A stretch of DNA of 63,465 nucleotides, counting the filler, from Cercozoa sp. M6MM (lineage: Eukaryota; Protista; Endomyxa: Ascetosporea): assembly GCA_040357565.1 (NCBI GenBank). It is 15 parts of 15 records of this genome, joined end to end, with 100 filler letters (N's around TTAATTAATTAA, not from the genome) between each part and the next. Parts side by side here need not be neighbours in the genome. Positions count along the whole stretch, not along the records: positions 52,253 to 59,875 come from JBDODJ010000610.1; positions 59,976 to 61,901 come from JBDODJ010001883.1; positions 62,002 to 63,465 come from JBDODJ010002020.1; 12 more parts are not named here. One strand, written 5' to 3'. Below, one piece after another: positions 52,385 through 63,465 of the stretch. Position numbers and translations under genes: made by a program. Each line of letters begins with the position of its first letter. Position 1 is the first letter of the stretch. The notes below the pieces were generated by a model. The model made no database searches, had not been told where the DNA came from, and saw only the letters and a list, made by a program, of their open reading frames with translations.

Positions 52385-53920
52385 TACAGTCTGCTCAAAG
52401 TGCAGCAGCACTTCGAGACACTTGCGCCGACCCAGCGCGGCAGCTACATTACCGGGATACGGGGGGGTAAAGGGGGGAAAAGGGGCATAGGGAGGGGGCG
52501 AGGGGGGTAAAAGGGGGCTAAGGAAGGGGGGGTAAAGGGATAAAAGTGCTACCAAACATAGTGAGCGAGCAGAACGGCATCTGTAGAGCTTGCCCCTCGC
52601 GCAGTTTCCCTGCAGATAAAACAACAGCATAAGCTCCCTTAAGAAAGGTCAAAATTCCTACCTTGCTTCGTCAGGTCAAAGATGCGTTGTGTGAAAGCGT
52701 ACAGTTCGCACATGAGCGGATGTTTGTCGGCCTCAGTAGGCTCTGAAAGGCAAGGCATGCTGATCATACCCACCCGGTATTGGAGGTACCCCCGCCCGTC
52801 TTGCGCTGCTGTCGTCCCTCTGGCGTCGAACCGTCGAACACTTGCGATGCCTGTTGCACGCCCTGTCGAATCAGCGGCTGCAGCAGCGTGTACTGCTGTC
52901 GCCACTCCATCGGCACATCGTCCAGTGCCAGAATGACCTACCTCCATCCGCACTGTACAACTTGCACTAACCGGCCACTTTGCCCTTACCTGACCCGGCG
53001 ATCGACCCGCAGGCAATCTCGACTGCACCCGCAGACAACATTGCGTCAGCAGACGCTCGCGATCTGCCCTTCCAGACGCATAGATTCTTGCGCTCAACCA
53101 AACAACCTGCGTACCTTGAAATATCGCAAGTGCCGCGTGCTTTTGAAAGCGCAGATTTTCCGCCATGTCTAACAGCTGCTGTAGTAGCGCACTGAAGCAC
53201 ACGTTTTTTCTCAAAAATGCTCTTACAGCTGTTATTGACTCCTTGGGCTCTCCGGGTCTGGGGCTCAGAAAAATCAATCGCGTGCTCAAGAGGGATTACT
53301 GCTGCAGTTTTCGGGTTGTCAAGACGTGCACACTGCCACGAAAGTGATCTACGCTGTAGCTGCAGCTAGAAGAGGCAAGCAACCCATCAAAACGTTTTTG
53401 CCGCCCCTACTGCCGGTTCTGACCAGTCAGTGAGCCTGGAGCTGATCTTCCGGCTGTAGCACAGCCAACGATGCCAGGAACCACGGTTTTGACGCCGCTT
53501 GCGGCGCGTAAGTCTGTGTCCCTGCGTTTGAGACCGCGAACTGTGGTACAATCAGATACCACCCGCGCGGATGCAGAACCCAAAACTGAACTGCATTTAA
53601 CTGCTCTGATGCGGGTGTAGGATGAGCTTTTGGCACTTGTGCTGGATACAACTGGTCTGAGAGACGATGGTAGTGTGCTCTTGTTCAGTTCTAAGCCGAC
53701 ACTTCAGTTTTCGCTTCCGCTGCATCAGGGAACTTGCGTGTGGTGTGCTTGAGGAGTGGCCGAGTGTTGGAAAAGCGTCAAATGCTGCCGCCGCCTGCTG
53801 ATGCTGTGAGAATTGTCTGTCGATTTGTGCATATGGCTTCAAACTCTTAGTTTTACCTAACAGAGGCCAGCGGCGCCGCTCAGAGCAGGTGCTGTTGGCG
53901 TGCGTGCCTCGCATGGAGAG
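52385..53920 (-). CDS. Hypothetical helical-repeat (ARM-like) protein fragment
   Basis: Spliceable exons such as LRFQKHAALAIFQ/NLCVWKG..AGAVEIAC and GNVAAALGRRKCLEVLL. 5' structure uncertain. Confidence 0.4.
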
Positions 53921-54204
53921 GCCGAGTTTTTGATCATCAACTGCGAAGCGCCGGTTTGGATTTTTATGAATCTGAGCTTTGTATTCTGAATAGTTTTGGT
54001 TAAAGCAGAAGAACGACGATAATGTGATGGCAACGCTGGCTCAGCGAGACGCGGAACTGCAGCAGGAGCGACTCGAGCTGCGACGTGTGTCAACTGCGTT
54101 GGAGGAGGTTTCTTGTCTTCAAGCTCGCTGTTGGCTGAGGTTATATGATTAACTGACTGCCTTAGGCCAATATTCGAGTGCAACAACTCGAGTCGCAACT
54201 CGAA

Positions 54205-57200
54205 ATGCGCATGTCAGAGGGTGCGAAAGACGCTGGCTTTGTAAGTTTGTAGCTTTCCGTTTGCAAGGCATCTGTTTGAGGGTTTGTTTAAACTGTTGTT
54301 GCTTCGTCTTGCAGGAAGGCGAAACCGAAGAGTCCGTGCTGCAGAAAGTGAAAGCTCAGCTGAACGACATGGAGAATGTGCTTCACGCTGACGTGACCGA
54401 AAGAGATTCTCCTTTTGCGAGATTGCACATTCGACGAATGGTGAAACATCCCTCTTTCTCTGGTTTAAATCGGGAGTATGTTTGTGTTTGTTGGAACACA
54501 GGAAGCGCGTGTTGCCGCAATGCAAGAATACCTTCTAAATGTAGGCGTACTTTTGACTTGTCTGTTGAAAGTGATAATTTTGGCTCTGCAGGTTGCCGCT
54601 GCGAGCGATGACTTTGCCGCGCAGGCAGAGCGTTTGTCAGCTTGCACCGACGCTCTCGCTCGCCCGCTGCTTGCGTTGACAAACGACAACATCGACGATG
54701 ACGGTATCTGACTCATGTGTCTCACCAATGGCCTAATAAGCCTCTCTATTTCTTTGTCAGAATACAACTGTATTGAACCGGCGAGTTTGCGCGGAGAGCC
54801 GCTCTCAGTGTCGCGCCACTTTGGCCGATTGGTACTCTCTATGTCCAAACGCCGCATTTGCGATTTATATTTTTGCGCATAGGGCACAGTGCTCAAGGAT
54901 ATCCAAGGCGCCATGTCGCTCCTGTCGCACGCCTTCCGGCACACAATGTCGCAGGAGCTGCGCCGACTCGTGGAGCAGCACTGCGCACCCTGCAAGGAGC
55001 GAGCGCGTACCCTGGCGACCCAGGTACCTTGTGTTCGTGTCTGTGGTTCTGGTCTGTGCTACCTTTGTCTGCGTGTAGTTGGCTCGTTTCGAAGCAGCGC
55101 AGGCCAAGTTCCTGTCGACGAAGCGGCCGACGGACAGCAGCGGCAGCAGCAGTCACCAGCACCATCACCGACAGGGCAGCGGCTCGCAGCAGCAGCAAGA
55201 GGCGCAGCACTTTGCCTCGCAGAGTGACCGCGATCAGTACGCGGTGATGCACTCAGCCAAGGCCGACTACGAGGAGCTACGATACGAGGTACCATACGCG
55301 TAAGGTCGGTCACACTAGAGGGCAGGGATGTACCGTCTCTGTAGCACATGAGACAACTGAACGAGACTCTGTCGCTGCAGCGACTGGCACTGAACGAGGC
55401 TCTCAGTGGCGCCTTTCTGGCTATTCGCGGCAGCATCAAGATGTGCGACACCTCACTCGCCACTGCCGAGGTGCGTTTGTGAGAAGCATAGCTGCATGTG
55501 TGCCTCACGCGAAACGAGTGTGTTGCAGCCTGCGATGCTGGCCGTGCAAGAACATTCGAGTCGCGTGCGGAAGGCACTGCAAGTGGAGATGAAACAGCTT
55601 GACGCTGCGCGCAAACAGCAGCTGCAGGAGGAGGCCTCTGTAACTGCGCATACATTGTTGGGTGTGTTGAGTGTGTTGGGTGTTACCACGTTGCACAAAC
55701 AGAGTGCGCCGTTGCAAAAGAAGTCGTCGTGGCGACCGCCTGCCGTGGACCAGCAGCACCCGGTGACTGATGCCACGGAGCACGCCGGATGGTTCCTCAA
55801 GCAGAGCAGTGGCGTGCGCAAGGACTGGAAGCGACGATACTTTTCTTTGCGTGATGGTCCCTCGTCCCATATGTCCTGTCGGATTTGTTGTATTGTGGGT
55901 TGTGATTGAGCAGGCGCACTGTACTATTACCGTCCACTGGACTCGCGGAAGGACCGCAAGGACACGCACAGCAAGAAGGGCGATCTCACGGCGGTACCGC
56001 AGCCGCAGCACGTGGTGAACGTTCTGACGGCGACGCCGCGACTGGCGCGCGACTCGGAGCTGCGCAACGTCGTCGAACTCATCTCACCCAACAAGCGCGT
56101 CTACACGCTGCAGGCCGAGTCGCAGCAGGACCTCATCCTGTGGATCACGTACTTCCCCACTCTGCCCCCTCCCCATCATCTTGATATCCCTCCTCTCATG
56201 TGTAGTGTAATTAACAACGCCATTGCTGCCGCACTCAACAATCAATCCGTGCAGCGACCTAACTCTGCCAGCAACGAGGAGCGCGACCAGAGTCTAAACA
56301 ATGTGAGATATCAGGCATACCATCTAACCACCTGTTTGCTACAAACTCGTTGTCAACAGAAGAAGCGACTGATGGCCATGAACCCGGTGTGTGCCGACTG
56401 TTGCAAGCCCGAGCCGACATGGATGTCAATCAACCTTGGCATCTTCGTGTGTCTTGTACCGTCTTCTCCTTGTCTACCTTGCCTTGTTTAACCGGCCCCC
56501 TCTTGCTGCAACAGGAATGCAGCGGCATCCATCGCTCGATGGGCGTGCACATCACCAAGGTGCGCAGTGCGCAGCTGGACGGCGTGGACGACAGTCTAGT
56601 GCCCATGTTCGAGGTATCTATCTCTGTCCCTTCGAGTGGAAAGTATACTCCCATGTGTGCAGCACCTCGGCAACACGCGCGTGAACGAAGTGCTCGAGTC
56701 GGCACTGCCGCCGAACACCAAGCCTCGAGAGGACGCCTCCCGTGCGCAGAAGGAAACCTATGCTCAGGTAGGCTATACCGGTAGATGTGCACATTTGCAT
56801 GTTTGCATACATGCATAGGCATGTGTATGTGTGTACATGTGCTGCAGGAGAAGTACGTGGCTCGAACTTACCTGGACGATAACAGGTGGTTGGCAGGTGT
56901 CGACCCCTCGCAGTACACCTTCCTTATTCCATGGCAGTTATAGTAAGCACACTGTGCATCCCGCTAGGTCCATGCACTTGGGTCGCCTGCTGATCCACGC
57001 GGCCGCCGCCAACGACCTGCCGACCATGCTGGCGGCCGTGCTGCGCGGCGCTCAGGTCGGCTTCAGCGACAACAGCAACGGCCACTGGACGGCGCTGCAC
57101 ATCGCCGTTGCCCACGGTACTCACTCAGCACAGACATGTATGTCGATGCTTGTGTGTACATGGTGTACATGTGTACGTGTGTGGACAGGTCACATGGCAG

Positions 57201-57440
57201 CCGTGGTCTTCCTGTTGCAGAACGGTGCCGACGTAATCTCGGCCACGCAGCCCGTGACGGCCTCCAGCAACCAAACCGCGCTCGACATTGCGCAGGACTA
57301 CCAGCAGCATGAGGTGCGCCCATTCCCCCTCACCTTATGTATCTGTGGCACCTGTAAACTACGTGTAGGTGGCCGCTTACCTCCGAAGGCGCGGCGCACT
57401 CACTGCCGATGAACTGCACGACAAGCAGCTCCAGCGATAG
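54205..57440 (+). CDS. ACAP/centaurin-beta-type ArfGAP (BAR-PH-ArfGAP-ankyrin)
   Basis: BAR DSPF; PH GWFLKQSSGVRKDWKRRYF..YTLQAES; ArfGAP CADC..PTWMSINLG..ECSGIHRSMGVHITKVRS; ankyrin WTALHIAV and TALDIA. Confidence 0.95.
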
Positions 57441-58062
57441 ATTCCCTGCTTTCGTCTGCGAGTGCGGCTGCCAGTTATCCAGTCGTTTTTACTGTAGTTA
57501 TCCTGAGTATTTCACGTTAAAGTGTGCGGTCACATGCTCGCGGCGGCGGCACAGTTGCACTACTGTTAGAGCATGACCAGCCCCACGAGAACACCTTGTA
57601 GAACTTCTGCACCAAAAGTTCTGGACTCGATAGACTGTCGAGGCGTTCGAGGCTGTCCAGGATATCTATGCGGTCCAGAGAACAGACTTTCATCCGTTTC
57701 TTGATTGTTGTATCACACTGGCAAGTACCCTTAATACACCAAGAACTGATCCCTATCTTAGAGGACTGCGGTGTCCCTATCTTAGAGGACTATTGGGCAT
57801 AAATCTAATTACTGCGCGCACAAGCGGTTGAAACGAACAAAGCTGACTTCATGAAACGCCTTCTGTAGCCACCAAGTTTCGCAGGAGCGCGCGCGGAAAA
57901 CTCTCTGTGACGCTGTGCGCAGGTGATCGCACATCTGGCGGACTGCGGACATTATTTTCGCGCTGTTCTAGCGTACGTTGGCGAGTCAGATGATTTGTTT
58001 TTTTATTATTTGGTGATTCGGCGCTTCGTTTCCGCGCGGATCAATTCTGTGATTTGTAGTGT

Positions 58063-59784
58063 ATGATGTCGCGCCTCGTGCGTCTTCGGGCCGCTGCGGT
58101 TTTGGCCGGCGAGGAGGTATCCACATGCGTTGTAGATCTCATGAACCGAGTAAGCACGTGTGCGTAGCGGTTCCTGGTCCTGCGGCAAAAACTCGCCAAG
58201 GGCAAACGGCTGTCCAAGCACGAGTTGAAGGTACAGGAGGCTAAGAGAGTTTGAACGTGTGCGCGTAGTATGTGGTTCCCGTATAGGCCGCCAGGAAGCA
58301 CTTCCGTCTGCAGGTCGACGAGCATGCTTCTGAGGTGTTTACTTTTCAGTTTTTATTTGGGTTTGTGAGATGATGCGTTTGGCCGCAGATGCTGGAGGCT
58401 CCGGCTCACTACGACAGCACGCAGTTGGTACAGTCGGATGCACTACCTTGGTGTGTGGGTACGTGTGTCTGTTGGCAGGTGGCGCAACTGAAGCACGGTG
58501 CCGACATGGAGACGCTGGACTCGGCACTCGCTCAGGTGTGTATTGAGTCAGTGTGAGTGTGTGCGTTGTGTCATTCGGGAGTTGGTGTTGCAGGTGCCGC
58601 GTCTGGCCTCCTTCTCGGTGGCGCGCCGCATCCCGCTGCCGCTGGGTACCCCCCTACATGTATATATATATACATATATATATATTTATATTTATATTTA
58701 TATTTATATTTATATTTATATTTATATATATGTTTAAAATACCTACCTCTATGGGCAGGCGGTGCACCGCCACCGATGGAGACGGTGGAGAAAGGGTACT
58801 CTGATTACAGGACTGAGGAAGGATGTGTGTCTATGTGTATATAAAAATAAAAATATATGTATATCTGTATATGTATATGTGTCTGCAGCAAGGGCGGCGG
58901 CAAGTGGTTCCAGAAGAGCAAGCGCTCGCCCGAGCAGCTCGAAGTGGCGCGCCACGCGGCCACGTCGCTCAACGCCGAGATTGCGCAGTACGTGGACGAC
59001 TTCATGGCCACAGGTACCTTTGCCTCTGGCTACATGTACACATGGGCTTGTATACATGGGGGCTCCAGCGCGTATATATGGGCTCAGTGTGTATATATGG
59101 GCTCAGTGTGTATATATGGGCTCAGTGTGTATATATGGGCTCAGTGTGTATATATGGGCTCAGTATGTATGTATGGGCTCTGTGTGTACAGGTGCTCTGG
59201 ACCTGGAGCAGGCGCCGGAGGAGGCGACGTTCGCGTTGCGACTGGCCTCGGAGTTTCACACCTGCCGCGTCGACACGCGCCTGCTGTTCGAGCAGCTGCG
59301 GTGCCCCCCCCCCTTTACCCCCCCACCCCCCCCCCTTTACCCCCCCTGTGAGTGCAGACCGGCGATCCGCGAGCGACTGGAGGGCAAGGCGGCGTTCCAC
59401 CGCAAGGAGTCGGCGCGACAGGTGTTCGCTCTCAACGTCGACATCGGCGACGCCTACGCCTACGTCGCCGCCGATCGCTTCGACTGCGAGGACGGCTGTG
59501 TGCGTTTACCCCCCCCCCCCCCGGGGTGCCCCCTACCTTCCCCCCCCCCCCCCCACAGAGCACAGGCGACGTGCAGGCCAAGCCGCAGCGAGTGCTGCTG
59601 ATTCCGCCGGTACACGCAGCCTTAATTAAGTGTGTATGGGCTGTCCACCCGGACTCTGTACACCCGGACTCTGTATCGGCTCTGTGGACAGGGCGAACTC
59701 TGGCTCAAGGGCGGCAATCGCGAGCTCCTGCTCAGTGGGTTCGCCGACAACGTGCGCGCCAAACTCGGCGCCAAGGCCAAGCGC
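58063..59784 (+). CDS. ThiI-like protein with duplicated NFLD/THUMP module (3' partial)
   Basis: A first module (VPRLASFSVARRI..EATFALRL..LNVDIGDAYAYV) is followed by RVLLIPP/GELWLKGGNRELLLSGFADNVRAKLG, matching the ThiI N-terminal GExxLKGxNR signature. The catalytic domain lies beyond the contig end. Confidence 0.6.
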
Positions 59785-60035
59785 GTGCGGCGTAGTTTTA
59801 CCCCCCTGTTTACCCCCCTGTTTACCCCCCCTATTTACCCCCCTGTTTACCCCCCTATTTACCCCCCCCCCCCCTNNNNNNNNNNNNNNNNNNNNNNNNN
59901 NNNNNNNNNNNNNNNNNNNTTAATTAATTAANNNNNNNNNNNNNNNNNNNNNNNNNNNNNNNNNNNNNNNNNNNNCCCCCCTGTTTACCCCCCTGTTTAC
60001 CCCCCCTGTTTACCCCCTCCCCCTGTGTACCCGCA

Positions 60036-61772
60036 GGACGGCACGGCGTTCCTGCAGACGACGAATCTGGACGGCGAGAGCAATCTCAACCTGCGGCGAC
60101 CGCTGGCGCAGACGCAGGAGATGAGTAACACGGGCGTTGAGACCTTTGCCGGTACAGATGGACCCCTTCCCGTACGGTACATATGGACTGCCGTACGGTA
60201 CATATGTACAGGTGTGATCGAGTGCGCTGCACCCAACGCGTCTTTGTACAAGTTCGACTCGCGCCTGTGGCTCGAGTCGTCCTTCTCGCATGGTGCTTTA
60301 CCCCCCTTACCCCCTCTTACCCCCTCTTACCCCTCCTACCCCCTCTTACCCTCTCCTTTTACCCCCTCTTACCCTCTCCTTTTACCCCCTCTTATCCCCC
60401 TCCTACCCCCTCTTACTCCCCCTCCTACCCCTGGTTAGACGTGCCGGTGTCGGAGCCGTTGTCGCTGTCGGCGGACCAGTTGCTGCAGCAGGTGGGTTGT
60501 GTCCATATGGACTCGTGGAACTAGTTAAGGGGGCAAGACTGGTTAAGGGGGCAAGACTGAAGGGGGCTAGACTGGTTAAGGGGCAAGACTGGTTAAGCGG
60601 GTGTGTCTCTGCAGGCAACGACGCTGCGCAACACGGAGTGGATCTACGGCGCCGCTGTCTACACGGGCAACGAGACCAAGTTCGGCAAGAACAAGGGCGA
60701 CACGCCGCAGAAGTACCCCCCCCCCCCCGTTTACCCCCCTGTTTACCCCCCTGTTTACCCCCCTATTAACCCCCTATTAACCCCCCCTATTTACCCCCCC
60801 TGTTTGCCCCCAGGTGGACGCGTACGGACGTGCTGATCAACAAGTTGTCGGTGATTCTGTTCGTGCTGCAGCTCGGTCTCGTCGTGGTGTTCGGCACCGT
60901 TGGTAGTTTACCCCCCTTTACCCCCTCTTTACCCCCCAGTTTACCCCCCTGTTTACACTCCTGTCTACCCTCCTTGTCTACCCCCTGTTTACCCTCCTGT
61001 TTACCCCCTTGTCTACCCCTTGTCTACCCCTTTGTTTACCCCTTTGTCTACCCCCGTCTACCCCCTGTCTACCCCCTGTTTACCCTCTTATTTGCCTATC
61101 TATTTACATACATATTACTCCGTGTGTACCCCTCTATACTCCGTTTACCCCCCTGTTTACCCTTGACCTCCCAGGTGAGATCTGGCGCGCCATGAACGAC
61201 GACGAGCACTCGTATCTGCAGTACTCGCTGACGGAGTCGGAGTGGTATGTGCCACGTGGTCACTGTGACTGACTGACTGACACGTGTGCTCACTGACACA
61301 CGTGCTCACTGTAGGTACACCTTCCTGATCGTGCCGGCGCGTTTCTTGCTGCTGATTTCGACGATCATTCCGATCTCGCTCAAGGTGCGTTGTATACCCC
61401 CCTGTTTACCCCCCTGTTTACCCCCCTGTTTACCCCCCTGTTTACCCCCCTGTTTACCCCCTGTTTACCCCCCGTTTGCCCCCTGTTTGCCCCTGTTTAC
61501 CCCCTGTTTGCCCCCCTGTTTACCCCCCTGTTTACCCCCCTGTTTACCTTCCTGTTTGCCCCCCTGTTTACCCCCCTGTTTGCCCCCCACAGGTGTCGCT
61601 AGACGTGTGCAAGCTGTACTACGCACGCTTCATAAACTGGGACACCTCGATGTACGACGGTGAGCGCACGCACAAGTTCGCGCACTGCAACAACACGGCC
61701 ATCAGCGAGGACCTGGGTCAGATCGAGTATGTGCTGTCCGACAAGACCGGCACGCTGACCAACAATGAGATG
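60036..61772 (+). CDS. P4-type ATPase phospholipid flippase, ALA2-like (internal fragment)
   Basis: TNLDGESNL, LRNTEWIYGAAVYTGNETK, IIPISLK/VSLD and NTAISEDLGQIEYVLSDKTGTLT. Confidence 0.96.
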
Positions 61773-62009
61773 GTATACCCCCCTCCTCCTCCTTGCCCCC
61801 CATCTTAACCCCCATCTTACCCCCATCTTACCCCCCCATCTTACCCCCATCTTACCCCCCCCCATCTTACCCCCATCTTACCCCCCATCTTACCCCCCAT
61901 CNNNNNNNNNNNNNNNNNNNNNNNNNNNNNNNNNNNNNNNNNNNNTTAATTAATTAANNNNNNNNNNNNNNNNNNNNNNNNNNNNNNNNNNNNNNNNNNN
62001 NAAGAGGCT

Positions 62010-63362
62010 CTACCGCAGCTGAAGATCGGCATCATCGTCCAACTCGCCGGCGGCCTCGCCGTCGTTGTTGTCGTTCACGAAAGTGTCGTAGGCCAACAAT
62101 ACGCTCTTTTCGATCTCGTTACTGACCTGCGCGTTTCCTCGCGGATGGCACAAATACAGAAAAATGGAAAAAGCACAACGGAAACGGAAGGCACCATTTC
62201 GCGCATCATTTCAATGTCGCGACGAGCGGCCTTTTGCGCCAGACGCGCTTCGTTGTGCGCCTTTCGTCGCATGTCGCTTTCGTCGTCGGACCAGGCGATC
62301 TTGAGACCTGTACCGACAGTGTTTGGAGCGATCACGAAGCATCAATCCAGAGAGAGCTGAGGCTACAGTAGAGCAGGCCCATGCCACAGCCAATGGCAAC
62401 CGCAAGACGCGTGATGAACGAAACAGTGATGTCATCATCGACCTCCTGGTACAGACCTACCATTTTCAAAACACAAACAATTATACACAATCTTTAATGT
62501 GGCTGCAAACACTGTACCGCCTTGTTTCGGCACGGCGAACACGGCCAACCACGGGTCTTTCCGCAGCACGCGATCGACATCGTCCACCAGTGCAACGAAC
62601 GTGTAGGGTCGGTCCACAGCACGCGGCACCTCGGCCACCTCCACCGAGTCGCTGACTGTCCCAGAAATATGATCAAACAGATAAAGCTTCTGTTTTCTGC
62701 TTTGGCACGAAAGCAAACTGAGCTTGCGACATACACCCGGACATATCGATATCGTCCTCGTCATCGCCGTCAGCGTCCACACTGGGCAGTAGGTAGCCCG
62801 CCTGGCGCAGGAAAGTCACCGTGTCGCTCACCACAGGGTCCGACACCTCATCGCCGTAGACAACTCTGACATCACACGCATCCATAACAATATTTACGAA
62901 AACAACAAAGAGCAAAACAGACTTACGACTGAATCTCCAGCGGAGTCAGCTCGAACGGCGTGCCCTACGCAACAACACCACAGCACGAATGTGTGCATAT
63001 GCTATCACTCAAGAGAAAAGCGACGTTACATCCGAATTGAACAAATCGCCGGCCAAGAAACGCCCCGATCGCTGCAGCAGGAACAGACGTTTCTTGGGCG
63101 AGGTTCGCAGCCTGCAGTTTTAACAGCGTTGAGTAGGATACTTTGCAGACGTACTGAAACGTGAAGGAACATACTGCGTCTGTCGCAGCACATCGTGGAA
63201 CACGCCGAGTCGAATATCGACGGCAAAGACGCCCATGACGTACTTGCTCTATAGATGTAAACCTCTCGACAAAAGTACCAGCAGGTGCATGCATTTTCAA
63301 AAGAAGTCTACTGCGACAGTGTCGTAGACGCTGTTGTTGCGACCGATGCCAGAGTTGCTCGG
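62010..63362 (-). CDS. Hypothetical protein internal fragment (multi-exon)
   Basis: Spliceable exons, e.g. GTFVERFTSIEQ/YVCKVSYSTLL, VVSDTVTFLRQAGYLLP and GLKIAWSDDESDMRRK. Confidence 0.5.
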
Positions 63363-63465
63363 GTCGATAAGAGGCGTGCTAGATACACATACAAATACAA
63401 ACAAAAAAATATATTTATATACATGTATAAATGAACAAATATAAATAAATAAATAAACAAAAAAA

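Noticed and set aside
59080-59165. 19-bp tandem repeat as a CRISPR array
   Set aside because: Head-to-tail intronic minisatellite with no unique spacers, in a eukaryotic gene.
60769-61663. ORFs with PPCL/PPVY/FTPL repeats as proline-rich proteins
   Set aside because: They are translations of the intronic 12-mer repeat; the real P4-ATPase exons skip them.

Overview
This window is a concatenation of 15 unlinked eukaryotic scaffolds joined by artificial N/TTAATTAATTAA/N linkers. It comes from a compact, very intron-rich, flagellated protist (RIB43A is present; a plant-type MKP1 and an ALA2-like flippase hint at Diaphoretickes/SAR, which is inference). Splicing by hand recovers RIB43A, a multi-GAF TKL kinase, glutaminase, an MKP1-like phosphatase, TFIIB, a UBX protein, a spondin-domain protein, PUS10, a homeobox protein, a decayed IS630/Tc1 transposase, an STK11IP-like LRR protein, ValRS, an NBR1-like protein, TMEM135, a U-box ligase, an ACAP ArfGAP, a ThiI-like tandem-THUMP protein and a P4-ATPase. 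The most notable observations are four. (1) One coding exon of TFIIB lies inverted on the opposite strand, between 13-bp G10TAA/TTAC10 inverted repeats. (2) Introns have nearly information-free donors and are filled with a few shared CpG-poor minisatellite motifs, mainly telomere-like, G-quadruplex-prone TTTACCCCCCTG. (3) A ~310-nt putative structured RNA sits in the one unusually long PUS10 intron. (4) There is an intron-containing eukaryotic ThiI-like gene. All gene models are manual and their coordinates approximate.
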